A stretch of 64,000 nt of DNA, taken from positions 17,794,001 through 17,858,000 of the forward strand of contig NC_135670.1 in the NCBI RefSeq assembly GCF_964188315.1, written 5' to 3'. The stretch comes from Podarcis muralis. Lineage: Eukaryota. Numbering within the stretch: the stretch's first letter is position 1; the number at the start of each line of letters is the position of its first letter. The notes beneath the pieces are model-generated. The model was not told where the DNA came from and ran no database searches. It saw only the letters and a list, made by a program, of their open reading frames with translations. Both the position numbers and the translations under genes were made by a program. Shown in pieces: positions 48,276-61,031 of the stretch.

Positions 48276-51239
48276 GAGTATGACTTCATTACTAAAAGGT
48301 CATTTTTCTAGGTGCTTTTGGAAGAAACTTATTTTCTGGATCCATTTCTATTGGGGTTTAGGGCTGGTTTTGGCAAAGAAACTGCTTTGGTCGCCCTGTA
48401 TGATGACCTCTGTCGAGAAAGAGACAAGGGAAGCATGTCTGGGAGGGGTGGATGAGGCGACCTGAAACAGATTGACTTCCTTAAAATTAGTTTTTCAGCT
48501 AATTGCTTTTTTTCTGTATTCTCTACAAAAGTCATCAGAATAAATCCAATCAGGCTTTATTTATAACAGCTAGTGTCTGTCTTTAGATCTGTCTGCATGT
48601 GGACGATTCCATAAGCAGGGAATCCGGTAGTGCATTGACACCCCTGAACCCCAGATCATAAACAAACAAGTCTTTTCCAACTTAACACAGGTAATGCTCT
48701 ACTCATGCGCACAGTTACTAATGCGTGTAAATCCATTAAAATATAGGGACTCCTAAATAAATATGAATAGGCCCAGGCTGCCCCCAAACTGGTATTTAGT
48801 ACTTCTTCAGCCCACATCTCAGAATAAGATAGGCACCATACTGAGATTTCTGTAACTGCTCCATACAGTGCCTGTTATAAGGTAAAGAGGAGAAGATAGC
48901 GCTGAGGTAAGATGCGCTTGTTAGAGCTCTCCTCAGTTATATATTGGGGACTCCTACTCCTTTTTCACTTTTTAAGCTTTTAAAACTTTGAAACCCTGTT
49001 CTTATCGAAAGTAGGGTATGTATTATGTGTTTGGCAACCTGGGATCTTACATCAGAGAATCAGATCTAACGAAGTCAAACAGCTTAACAGTCGCCGCCCA
49101 GCCTATTTCAAGGACTCGTAACTCTAAACAATTTTAATTAACCTTCTGAACTTTTTCCAGAACTGACTCTGACTCAGGCTTTGATTCTGTGTTTTATATG
49201 AACTAAGGGAGGTGGAGAACGGTTATTGCTACCAAGGACTCTATGTTACAAGAGTGTTCCATTTGGGCTTGCCTCTAGCCTCTTAAGCTTGTGAATCCAA
49301 CTGTGCTGTACGCCTTGCCTCTATCTTCCCAGTTGTGAATCCAACTGCCTGCATGCCAGCAGTACTCCTAAACTGAAACAAACTGATTAAATGCTCGGCA
49401 TGGAGCCTGGGTCAAGATATATTACTCTGCAGAGGACTCGACTGAAAGGCACCTAGGGAAGTTGGAGAGGGGGGTTCCACTCTCAAGACACCAGAGATTT
49501 TTAAGCCACAGGGCTGGCAGCTGGCCATAGCAGAGGTGGTAACCAACAGAACTTACGTGAGGCCAAGGCTCTCAGGGGCCTTTGTGGTGAGGGCCTTCCA
49601 CCTGGGGGTGAGACGACATCAGTTCTTCAGGTGGCAGCTGGAGTTTAGGGTGAGGCCAATTCTGAACCTCTCAGGTCTCGAGACACCCGCGATTGAACCT
49701 ACCCAGGTGGCAGCTGGGGGACGGTCGGTCCTGGAGGCAGCAACATTGGCAGTTCCCGCCCTGGCATGGAGAAGGATGATGTAACAGAGGCTCCCCTCCC
49801 CCCGGAGGTATCACCCCGTGGCCCTGAGAACACCAGCTGTGGGGGGAAACCTGAGGACTCCTGATGCTTAGAGGAACACTTTCTCTGCCACTACAAGTGC
49901 TAGTGCAGCAGCAAGGGAGGGTCCCCTGAGACCATCGGGCACGGCATCGACATTGAACAGGGCATTTACCGAGCCTGCCCCTCCTTCCTTTGCCCGTCCC
50001 CCAATGTCGCCTGGTTGTCCAGGTTGGCAGATTCAGAGATCATTCGAGTAGAGCTGGAGCGTGATGCTACAATAACCTTGTCTGCTACAAGAACCCCTTT
50101 TTTCTTTTCTTTTCCCCTGCCCCCTTCCTTTGCCATCTGTTTTAGTTCTTTATAGTCCATTGTTTTATGATTATATTTAAGTTCTGTTTGTCTACTGTTA
50201 GATGCTTGATTGTTGTTTTCCTGCTATCTAGGTGGTTTTTCTTTCCTGAATGTATGTTATATGGTACTTCTGTTTAGCTGTGGAATGTTTTGTGGTTTAT
50301 TCTCCAGTTTAATTAATTGGTTAGTCTAATATTATAATAATAGGTTGACAAATAATATAATAGTTTTCATATAATCAGAGAGGTAGCTGATGGTTAGGTG
50401 GTTTGTCCTACTCGACTAATTAAGAGTTTATCGAGTTGTTGATATTATAAGCAGAATAACTAGGCTGGGAAAGAATAACATCAATGCCATCAATGGAGGC
50501 TAGTATGAGGCTTGGGATTGCTACCGTGGAGGGGCGAGGGAGGTATGGTGAGGCATTCCCAAAGTAAAGGAAGGATTGAACTCTGATTAATAAGAATACA
50601 CACAAAGGCTTGAACCAGCAAGACTCTGGGAAGGGTGTGTATAATAATCTCTCTCTCTCAGCCTCTCCACCACGTGGCCCAGGTCGTTTTATTCACAAAA
50701 GAACTTTTACAGGGTGTTCGTAAGAACTAATCCGATTTCCTCTGAGCATTTCAACAAACCCCACGTAGGAACAAAGTTAAACTACCAAAGCTAATTAAGC
50801 ACGGGGTAAATAAAACAGAACTACAAAGGAGTTCATTTTGTGACCCTGGAGGTGATAAACAAGCAATATACATGATAATAAGGATGGTCAGAAGGACAGC
50901 AATCATTATCACCTTCATGTGAGATCTGTTTCCTGGCCCTAAGATTAACATCCTAAGATTAACATACCAGAAAAGCTACATCAAAGAAACTTGCCCATTA
51001 TCCTTATGGCTCAGGATGCCTGCCTGGCAACAACTGGCAGTGTACCTGACTTGTGAAGAAAGAGAAATGAAACAGGGATGCAGAGGTGTGGATTGATCAA
51101 GAATCAAATCAAAATAGTTTAAACCCAGTCAACGCAATGCTTTCATTGCTGACACAGATGGCTTACTCTATATTTGTTATAATTCCTCATAGCAATCCCA
51201 CCTGATCACTACAGTATGGAGGTGGGGGCAGATTTAATA

Positions 51240-51915
51240 GGCGAAGGGGATTGAGATACGGATACGCTCGTACCCCTTCCAATCTGCGCCCCATCCCAAG
51301 GGACGAGGGTAGGGTGAGCAAGGATTACTCACCTCCATCACTGGTGCTGTGCAATGCCAGGTCTATAGGCAACAAAACCGCCACCCTGCGAGATTTCTTT
51401 ACCTCGCAGGGGGCTGACCTGGTTTGTGTGACAGAGATCTGGGTGTGTGAAGGAGAAACAGTTACCTTACGAGCGATGGCGCCCCCGGGTTTCTCTGTCC
51501 TCCACCAGTCGCGGACAGTGGGCCGGAGGGGAGGGATTGCATTATTAATCCGGGAAGATTGTTCTTTCAGGGCTCTGCCATCGCCATCGATCCCCAGCAC
51601 TGAATGTGTTGGCCTAGTGTGGGGTTCTGAGGAGAGCTTGGCTGTCTGGCTGGTGTACCAGCCACCTAGCGCACCAGCAGCCACCCTGTCAGGCCTACTG
51701 GAGGCAGTGGCCGGCTGGGCCTTGGAGTTCCCTAAGGTATTGGTATTGGGGGACTGCAACATCCATGCTGATGCCACTCCCTCCTCACAGGCTCTGGACC
51801 TGGTGTCTTCCATGGCAACACTCTCCCAGTTTGTTTCGGGCCCCACACATCAAGCAGGCCACACGCTGGATTTCATATTTGGCGCAGGTATATGTGTGAT
51901 CATGTTCCCACCCTG
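51240..51915 (+). mobile_element. L2 endonuclease-domain fragment
   Basis: LCNARSIGNK, VTEIW, RGGIAL, LGDCNIH, GHTLDFI (APE motifs). Confidence 0.85.
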
Positions 51916-52057
51916 AGATTCCTTCTCCTTTCGCTCTCCAATTTTACAAAGGCAAACTCCTATTATGCAAAGGTGGGCTGCCGAACTTCTAATAAAATGT
52001 TGCTTAAAAAAAAAATTGTGGTGGTTCCCTCATTGCGAATAAGTGAGGTTCGTAGAC

Positions 52058-52194
52058 CATAGAATCACAGAGTTGGAAGGGACCAAGAGGGTCATCTAGC
52101 CGAACCCCCTGCAAGGCAGGAATCTTTTTGACAAGGTGGGGCTCGAACCCACAACCCCGAGAGTCTCATGCTCTACCAACTGAGCTATCCCAGG
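52058..52194 (-). mobile_element. tRNA-Lys(CUU)-derived SINE with CR1-type 3' tail
   Basis: Minus strand GGATAGCTCAGTTGGTAGAGCATGAGACTCT...GTGGGTTCGAGCCCCAC lacks part of the anticodon arm and is followed by ...CCTTCCAACTCTGTGATTCTATG. Confidence 0.75.
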
Positions 52195-52613
52195 ACTCAG
52201 ATCAAATTCTGCCGGTAGGATTGCAAAGGATGAATTGGGAGCAAAGGTTTTGTATGAATATATTACCTCAAGTTATTCTGATGCTTCCAAATGCACTGGT
52301 ACAAATAACTTTTCAGACTGAACAGGTGGTATAATAGTAATAATAATAATAGTAATAATAAGAATAAGAATAAGAATAAGAATAAGAATAAATTATTCCC
52401 CAGCCACTTTGTGCAGCTTCCAGCAAAATATAAAAACGTAATAAGACATCAAACATTAAAAACTTCCTGATCCTGCTTCTTTGAGAAGCTGACAGTTTAG
52501 GATAGACGCTCTATATCAACTCAGTGACAGGGAACCAGGTAGAGGGCCTTCTCAGTAGTGGCGCCCTCCCTGTAGAACGCCCTCCCGTCAGATGTCAAGG
52601 AAATAAACATCTA

Positions 52614-52853
52614 CAGTGGTACCTCTGGATGCGAAAGGGATCTGTTCTGGAGCCCCGTTTGCATCTTGAGCAGAACGCAACCCGCGTCTGCACGGGTCGC
52701 GATTCGCCACTTCTGCGCATGACGTCATTTTGAGCGTCTGCGCATGTGTGAGTGGCAAAACCCGGAAGTAACCCGTTCCGTTACTTCCAAGTCACTGTGT
52801 AACGTAACCTGAAAACGCTCAACCTGAAGCATCTTTAACCCAAGCTACCACTG
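52614..52853. mobile_element. Tigger-type MITE nested in an L2 3' fragment
   Basis: CAGTGGTACC...GCTACCACTG; TA TSD. Confidence 0.75.
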
Positions 52854-53270
52854 TATCTGACTTTTATAAGACATCTGAAGGCAGCCCTGTATGGAGAAGC
52901 TTTTAATGTTTGATGTTTGATTGGTTTTTAAAAAATATTCTGTGGGGAGCTGCCCAAGTTGTTGTTAAATTATTGTTACACTTAACTGAATAGCAGTTGC
53001 CAGGAGCCGCTGGAGGGGAGAGATGCCTTTGGGCTCCAATCCTCCTTGCAGGCTTGGCCACCGCGAGGAGACGATACTGAGATTCCTGCATTGCAGGGGT
53101 TGGACTAGATGACTCTCAGGGTCCCCTTCCATCTCTAAGATTCTATGATTCTATTCCATCTCTAAGATTCTATGATTCTAACAGGGTGCGGGACTAGATG
53201 GGCCGTTGGCCTGATCAAACTACAGGGCTCTTCACGTGATCTGTGTGTTCACGCAGACGCACACACGTGA

Positions 53271-53303
<33 letters not shown>

Positions 53304-53343
53304 TACCTTCAGAGAGAAGCCCGTCTCTTCTTTGCAACGAGGA

Positions 53344-53384
<41 letters not shown>

Positions 53385-53635
53385 TTATTATTTGTACCCA
53401 GCCCATCTGACTGGGCTTCCCCAGCCACTCTGGGCGGCTTCCAAAAATATATATATATTAAAATACTCTAATACATCAAACAATAAAAGCTTCCCTAAAC
53501 AGGGCTGCCTTCAGATGTCTTCTAAAAGTCTGGTAGTTGTTGTTCTCTTTGACATCAGCTGCAATCCCCCTCCCCACCTGCCCCACAGCTTCCCTGCCTG
53601 CTCTCTCTCCACCCCTAACCCCAATTCCACGGGTA

Positions 53636-53700
53636 TTGCATTGCATTGCATTGCATTGCATTGCATTGCATTGCATTGCATTGCATTGAATTGAATTGCA
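53636..53700. repeat. (TTGCA)n pentanucleotide microsatellite
   Basis: 10 perfect units followed by TTGAA variants. Confidence 0.95.
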
Positions 53701-54734
53701 CAAACACCCAAACACACCCAAAGCTTGCTGCAACCCAAGGTGCTTTGCACTCACCCGACTCGTTGCAGTACCCGACAGCAGAGGAGACGGGTCAGCTGTT
53801 CTTCTGAGGCCGCGCCCCCTTTCCCAAGTCAGCATCCAGCATCTCTCTCTCTAGCAGCTCCCACTCTCTAGCTTTAACCCTTAAGGCAACGAAGCCGGCA
53901 ACTTCGCCCCCGAGGGAGGCTGTGTGGATGTATGGAAAGTCCCCCGAGGTTGGCAGAAAGCTCCTCTCTCCGTTTGCAAGGCTAGTCTGCGGCCCGGCAC
54001 CTGCCTGTCTATAAAAGGAAACAAGATGGAAGGCCTGCGCTGCTTTCCCTTTCATGCAGGCGGATGCACCGTGAAAGCAAAAGCAGGGGAGTCGGGTAGG
54101 AACTGCGTGCTGGGCGGGCGCAGGAGGGAGAGGAAGGACTAGGCAAGGCGGGAGCGGTGGGCGGGCGAGAGGGAAGGCGGGGGAAAGAGCCAAGGCGGAA
54201 TACTGTTTGTGCCGTTTTGTCACCCCGCTCAGTCTTGACACCCGGGCGGTCTGCCCCCACCGCAGCCCATGGCCACACCTGCATAGATGTGCCATCCCTG
54301 ATCACCTGAGCTGCCCAATTCATGGGGGATGAAAGATGCTGAAGTATTTTGTGTGGGAGAGGAAGCATCCTAAAAATGAAGATGTGTTGCAAAGGTGGTG
54401 CCTATCATAAGAGAAGGATGCTTGGCCTGATCTGCTTGGCCTTCAGAGTCTATGGAAATCCCATGCACCTCTTCTCTCTGGAGGAGGAATGGGAAGGTAC
54501 AGCCACACCCTGTGTGAGGAACAATCGCAGCAGTCAGTAATCCAGGCTAGACTGCAATCTGAACAGATTAATAAAATATTTTCTCAATTGAAAGCTATGT
54601 GGGTTGGCCGAGGATGTTCTCTTGCACATGGAGGAAGACTAGTCTCATACAATTAGCATTGTCCCAGACAAAGTCCTTACAAAAGCATCGGCTCAGGCGA
54701 AGTCCCTACCTCTGCACTTCTGAGCTGAAGGGAA

Positions 54735-55096
54735 ATGGCATTTGGTGGAACTCTGTGGATGCTGATATTATATACATTTTCATTCATTCATTCCTTGCTG
54801 TTTGCATGGGGAGTCTATTATCATTTTAAAAGGACCCACATTCCTCCAGGAATCAGCCAGGGCATAAAATTACGAGTTTTCAGTTTTGCAATGGAATATA
54901 CACTTGGACTGGTAAGTTTGTTTTGAATATATCACAATCGAAGGGATGGAGTGACCCACCCTCCTTATCAATAAGGCTACAATGTTCAGGATTTTTTAGT
55001 TCAGAGAAAAGGCAAGCAACTGGCGACAGGATGGAGGTCTGTGAAATTATGGATGACGTGGAGTCTCTTTCACAGGGGGCAGTGATGGCTACCAAG

Positions 55097-55146
<50 letters not shown>

Positions 55147-58100
55147 TTATACTCTGCCCATCTGGCTGGGCTTCCCCAGCCACTCTGGGCGGCTTCCCCA
55201 AAAAATATTAAAATACTGTAATACATCAAACAAAGTTGAATAGCTTCCAAAGAGGATTAGATAAATTCAGTGAGGAGGAGGTTTTGGGTGGCTGCTAGTC
55301 TCCATGCCTATACCCTGCTTCTAAAGCTACAGGCACCAATGCTTCTGAATACCTTTTGCTGGGAGAGGGTTCCTGTGCACAGATCCTGCTTGAAGGTTTC
55401 CCACAGGTACTGTGAGAACAGGCTGCTGGACTAGATGGGCCATTGGCCAGGCCCAACAGGCTCTTTTTACATTCTTATGTACATATATGTTATGCTGAAT
55501 GTTTTGATTTAAACAGGGATTGTTTCTGGAAAAACTGGGCATTTGCCATAGATACATCATCTGGAGGATTGCGTTCAATGCCATACTAACAGGAAAGGAC
55601 TCAAAGTTGATCAGTAAGGACCTGGTTTTTGATGGGGTGCCAGTGAGGGTGTACTGGTCCAAGACACCAGCTGCTGGGAACAGGAGAGGAATCATCTATC
55701 TTCATGGAGGCGCTGGACTCACTGGAAGCTTCCGTAAGTTCTTTGAAAGAGTCTCACAAAGGTTTACCAAGTGGTTTGTGGAGAATTTGGGGTGGTACTT
55801 TAATGTAAAGTTCCCAAAATGTTTGCTACATAGAGGTGGGGTGCTTCATACTGCTGCTGTTGACAGTTTAAGATTAATGTAGGATGTCTTTGTGTGGTAA
55901 GAAAATGGGGCTGAGAGGCCCCCTGTTACAAAGGTGACCAGTTCTGTATCACACTCAATGAAATATCCTTAAAATGTCAAAGAAGATGTATCTGCTTCAT
56001 GCCGCAAAGGACTTCTATGAAATGGCTTCCAGAGATTATCAGAAATAACTGGAAAGAAGCCCAGAAATGTGGGTGGAAGTTTTGTTTTGTTTTTTACCCA
56101 TTGACACTGCTTGTTCTGTTACTGATCAGCAGAGAGTAAAACCCACAGAATGGTTTTTAGCTAGTGATTTACAAAGAGTTCAACTGAGTTTTTCCCAACT
56201 GAGCTCTATTAAAAGTTGTTGTTGTTTTCGCTAATCAAGTGGCATCTACATTTTATGACATAAAGGTAAAGGTAAAGGTACCCCTGCCCGTACGGGCCAG
56301 TCTTGACAGACTCTGGGGTTGTGCGCCCATCTCACTCAAGAGGCCAGGGGCCAGCGCTGTCCGGAGACACTTCCGGGTCACGTGGCCAGCGTGAAATCGC
56401 TGCTCTGGCAAGCCAGAGCCGCACACGGAAACGCTGTTTACCTTCCCGCTAGAAAGCGGTCCCTATTTATCTACTTGCACCCGGAGGTGCTTTCGAACTG
56501 CTAGGTTGGCAGGCGCTGGGACCGAGCAACGGGAGCGCACCCCGCTGCGGGGATTTGAACCGCCGACCTTTCGATCGGCAAGCCCTAGGTGCTGAGGCTT
56601 TTACCCACAGCGCCACCCGCGTCCCTGACATAAAAATAAATAAGCAGATCTCTTGATTTCAACAGATTTACTTTTAGTAGGACTGACACAGACTTCAGCT
56701 CACAATGATATCAGTGTTCTTGACCAGGAAAAATTGTAATGGAGGTTGGGGGGGGGGGGCTTTTGCTTTCTTCCAGGAGCCTCTGAAAAGATCTGCCGTT
56801 TCATGGCCAACCAAAGTGATTCAGTGGTTGTGAGTGTTGGGTAAGTGGTTTCACTCTCTTGGTAGCCGTGTAATGCCCCTCAGCTTCTAACCTTTCCTAA
56901 GACCTGATCCCAGAGGAATTGTTCTATTCTATTTTATTTTATGTTATTTTATTTATTTGTACCCCACCCAGCCGCTCTGGGTGGCTTCCAACATATATAA
57001 AAATGTAATAAAACATTGCACATTAAAAAGCTTTCCTTAACAGGTCTGCCTTCAAATCTCTTCTAAAGGTTACATAGTTACTCATCTCCTTGACTTCTGA
57101 CATACCCAGCAACAATTCTCCGATGAAAATAGGGACCTCCTACCATAGCATCCAATGTTTCTCCGATGAAAATACTGATGTCTTACCATACTCTTCAACA
57201 TTTATCGGATTAAAATAGGGACATCATAAGGAAAAGTGGGCCATTCCAGGATCAAATCAGAAACTGGGACAGCTTCTGTAAATCCGGGGCTGTCCCTAGA
57301 AAATAGACTCACTTGGAGGGTCTGAGGAGGGTGTTCCATGGGGCGGACACCACTAACCAAGCCATCTGCTTGGTTCCCTGTAGCTTTACATCTAGCAGTA
57401 AGGGAACATCCAGAAGGCCCTCAAAGCTGGATCTCTTATGTCCTGGCGGGATGATGGGGGTGGAGATGCTCCTTCAGGTATACAGAGCTGAAGCCATTTA
57501 GGGCTTTAAAGGTCAGCACCAACACTTTGATTTGTACTCTGAAATGTACTGGGAGCCAATGTAGCTCTTTTAGGACCATAGTTATATGCTCCCGACGGCT
57601 GCTCCAAGTCACCAGTCTAGCTGCTACATTCTGGATTAGTTGTACTTTCCAAGTCACCTTCAAAAGTAGCCCCACATCCAGCGCATTGCAATAGCCAAAG
57701 CCAGAGATGACCAGAGCATGTACCACCCTGTTGAGACAATGTGCAGGCAGGTAGGGTCTCAGCCAGCCTACTAGATGGAGCTGGTAGACAGCTTCCCTGG
57801 ACACAGACCTGACCTGTGCCCCCATGGACACCTGTGAGTCCAGAATGACTCCTAGGCTGTGCACCTGGTCCTTTAGGGGCACAGTTGCCCGACTCAGGAC
57901 CACACCCACCCAGCCCGTCCCCCAGAAACAGTACTTCTGTCTTGTTGGGACTCAAGTTCAATCGGTGAAATGTCATCCAGCCTTATAAAGTTGTAAACAT
58001 AGTGATTTTGCCAACATTTAGAATGGGTGTTCATTTTTGTATTTAGATTTCTAGCTCAAATCCCTTTGACTTTGAACATAGTAAGAAATCTGCTGGATCA

Positions 58101-59841
58101 GGCCAAAGGGGACTCATCTAGTCCAGCACCATGTTCTCATAGTGGCAAACCAGATGCCCGAATGGGAAACGCACAAGCAGGACCTGAGCAGAAGAGCTCT
58201 CTCCCCAGGTCCAGTTTCCAGCAACTGGTATTCAGAAGCATTACTGCCTCTCATAGCGGCACATCATCCTTGTGACTAGTATCCATTGCTATTAGCAATT
58301 GCTAGTAGTCTTGCCAACCTGATCAGGTGAGCTGTGGATGGAGGACAGGTAGATACCTAGTAGTGGGATTATAACTTCACTGATGCACAGGATGCTACCG
58401 GAACCTGCTAACGGACAGAGGAAAACAAGAATAGACCCTCCAGGTGCCCCTATTTGCAGTGACTGTCCCAGATTTTCAGAAGCCATCCTGGTTTCTGATT
58501 TGATCCCAGAATGTCCCACTTTTCTTCAGGACATCCCTATTTTCATTGAGAAATGTTGGGAGTGTTTGGAATTATGCAACCCCTGAGCCAAAGAGATAAG
58601 AGATACGGCATCTGAAGGCAGCCCTGTATAGGGAAGTGTTTTAATGTTTAATGCTTTATTACGTTGTTATATATGTTAGAAGCTGCCCGGAGTGGCGGGG
58701 GCAACCCAGTCAGATGGGTGGGGTATAACTAATCTATTATCATTATGGAATAGAATGCCCCTATTTTCATGGGAGAAATGAGGGGGGGGGGTATGCAAGA
58801 AGGAAGGAGCTGGAGGGTAGAGAAAGGTGTGTTGTAATGAAACCACCTATTCATCCAAAGGGAAAGTTTGCATTTGCTTTCCATTTTTGCCTCAGGTCCA
58901 CCTGTAGCTGGCATGTGGCCCCCACAAGGTTGCATGGAAAGGAATGTGGCCCCAGGGGTGAAAAAGATTCTCAGCACTTGCAGTATGCCATTACAGAAAA
59001 TGGTCTTTTTCCATGAAGTGTATGGTGTTGATTGTGGGCGATATCTTGTTATCTCTTTAGATTTCGTTTAGCTCCTGAGCATCCCTATCCCGTCCCTGTA
59101 CTGGACAGTTTAACTGCTACAATACACTTTCTGAAGAATGCAGAGGAATACGGAGTGGACCCCAACTGCATTGCCATTGTTGGGGACAGTAGTGGAGGCA
59201 CTTTTGCTGCAGCTATTTGTCAAGAACTGGTGACCAGAGAGGACCTCCCAAGACTGCGAGCTCAGGTCCTGATCTACCCATTTCTACAATCAGGGGACTT
59301 TGATTTGCCATCCTATCAGCAAAACCAATCAGTTCCTCTCTTGTACAGAAAACGAGCTATCAAACTTGGTTTGACACATCTCACTGGGAAGGAGATCAAT
59401 GTGGACCTAGTTATAAAAGGTGCCCATATCCCTACTGATATGAGGGAGAAGTACAAAAAATGGGTCAGTGCTGATAACATTCCAGAAGAATTTAAGGCCA
59501 GGGGCTATGTCCCTAATGCTCCTGCCCCATTTTCAGAAGAACTTTATGAACAAGTTAAAAGAGCTGGTGAGGCAATGTTTTGCCCCCTTGTAGTAGAGGA
59601 TGACATAATCCGCCAGCTCCCGGAGACTTTCCTTCTAACTTGCGAGTATGATATTCTCCGGGATGATGGGCTGTTGTACAAGAAGCGGTTATTGGACAAC
59701 GGTGTGCCAGTGACACATCATCATCTTCCAGATGGATTCCATGCAACACTTAGCTTTTTTGGTTTATGGCCACTTGAATTTCCGAGCTCAAGGAAATGTA
59801 TGGAGCATGTGGTACAGTTCTTAAAAAGTTTATATAAATGA
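54735..59841 (+). CDS. AADACL4: AADACL4-like esterase paralog D, join(54735..54911,55517..55733,56777..56840,59061..59841), 412 aa
   Basis: Four exons with GT-AG junctions and an open frame; GDSSGG, EYDILRDDG, DGFH. Confidence 0.9.
56265..56625 (-). mobile_element. Sauria SINE, full length
   Basis: Head and tail as above; TSD TGACATAAA. Confidence 0.9.
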
Positions 59842-60992
59842 ATGACCTTCTTTGTCTTCCATTGGCAGCCTTCCCCTGTTGTGGCTGAACATTCCCCTCT
59901 CCCTGTTGTCCCAATCCTAAAGTAAGACGAGAAACTCATATCCAAAATTCTACCCAGTCTGATTGATTAAAATCACCATGACATTTGTAAGTTCATAAGC
60001 AAAGCGCTGCTGGATCAGGCCATTGGTCCACCTCATCCAGCATCCTGTTCTCAGAGTGGCCAAGCAGAGGCCTCTTGTGATGCCAGCAAGCAGTACCTGG
60101 GTGCAAGAAATCTTTTGCAGCATTCAGCAGCATACAGCTTCCAATAGTGGAGGAAGAACATAGCTATTGTCTCCTCCATGAATTGGGCCTAATCCTCTTA
60201 AAGCCATTCTACCGAGTCACCAGGTTAGCTTATTCCATTAACTGCTGCTACATAATATTTGAATATATTTAGCAATAAAGAAGGCGCTTCTGTGTATTAA
60301 GCCAAACTGAGCTAAGCCTATGGGAGTGATATAAACACATTTAATTACACACATTTAATTAGACAGGATTATAGCAAAACACTCATTTCGTAACACTCAT
60401 TCCGCATTCCTAAGAAATTGAACTTTTAGTGTGGCAGGACACACACTTTGGAACTCCCTGCCTATTGATAGCAAACAGGGCCCCTCACCACACTATGTTT
60501 GGTGCCTGATAAAATTGTTGTTAATGCCAGCCTATCCAGATATGAATAATGTTGATATATGTTTTAAGCTCGTTGTTGATTTCATTACTCTTTTCCGAAT
60601 CTTTTAAACCGCTGTTGTTACTGATACTTTTGTTGTTTTGTTCCTCTTGCAAACTGCTTTGCAATCAAGGTGTATATAGATTTCATGAAACAATAAAAAA
60701 TAAAGGTGTTAAAAAGCAAGGCTTGTGTTTGCAACTGTCACCCGACAGGTGTATATTGCAGAGGTTGGGCTGCTCTCTAACAGCGATAAAGCTTTTAATA
60801 ATGCCAGTCAGAGAAAAGCCAGTAGCAAAAATCATTTATTTAAAAAACCCTTTAAACGCGCAGCAATCCAGCGCTAAATACAACACGGCCCCTAAACAAG
60901 CAGCTCTAACCCTCCTCGCTGGTCCCTTTGGTCCCCTCCCTTCAATTCACCCACAATCCTTTGCAGCCAGGGCGTGGCTGGGGAAGGATCTT

Positions 60993-61031
60993 ACTTCCTG
61001 TCAAGATGGCCGCACCCGTGTTGATCACGTG
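60993..61031 (+). promoter_or_regulatory. Probable GPATCH4 core promoter motifs (ETS, YY1, E-box) in a CpG-richer segment
   Basis: ACTTCCTG (ETS-like) is followed directly by CAAGATGGCCGC (YY1-like), with CACGTG at 61026-61031 and a candidate donor GTGAG at about 61083. Confidence 0.55.

Noticed and set aside
52120-52194. tRNA-Lys gene
   Set aside because: The anticodon arm is partly deleted, the acceptor stem is broken, and it is fused to a CR1-type tail, so it is a SINE head.
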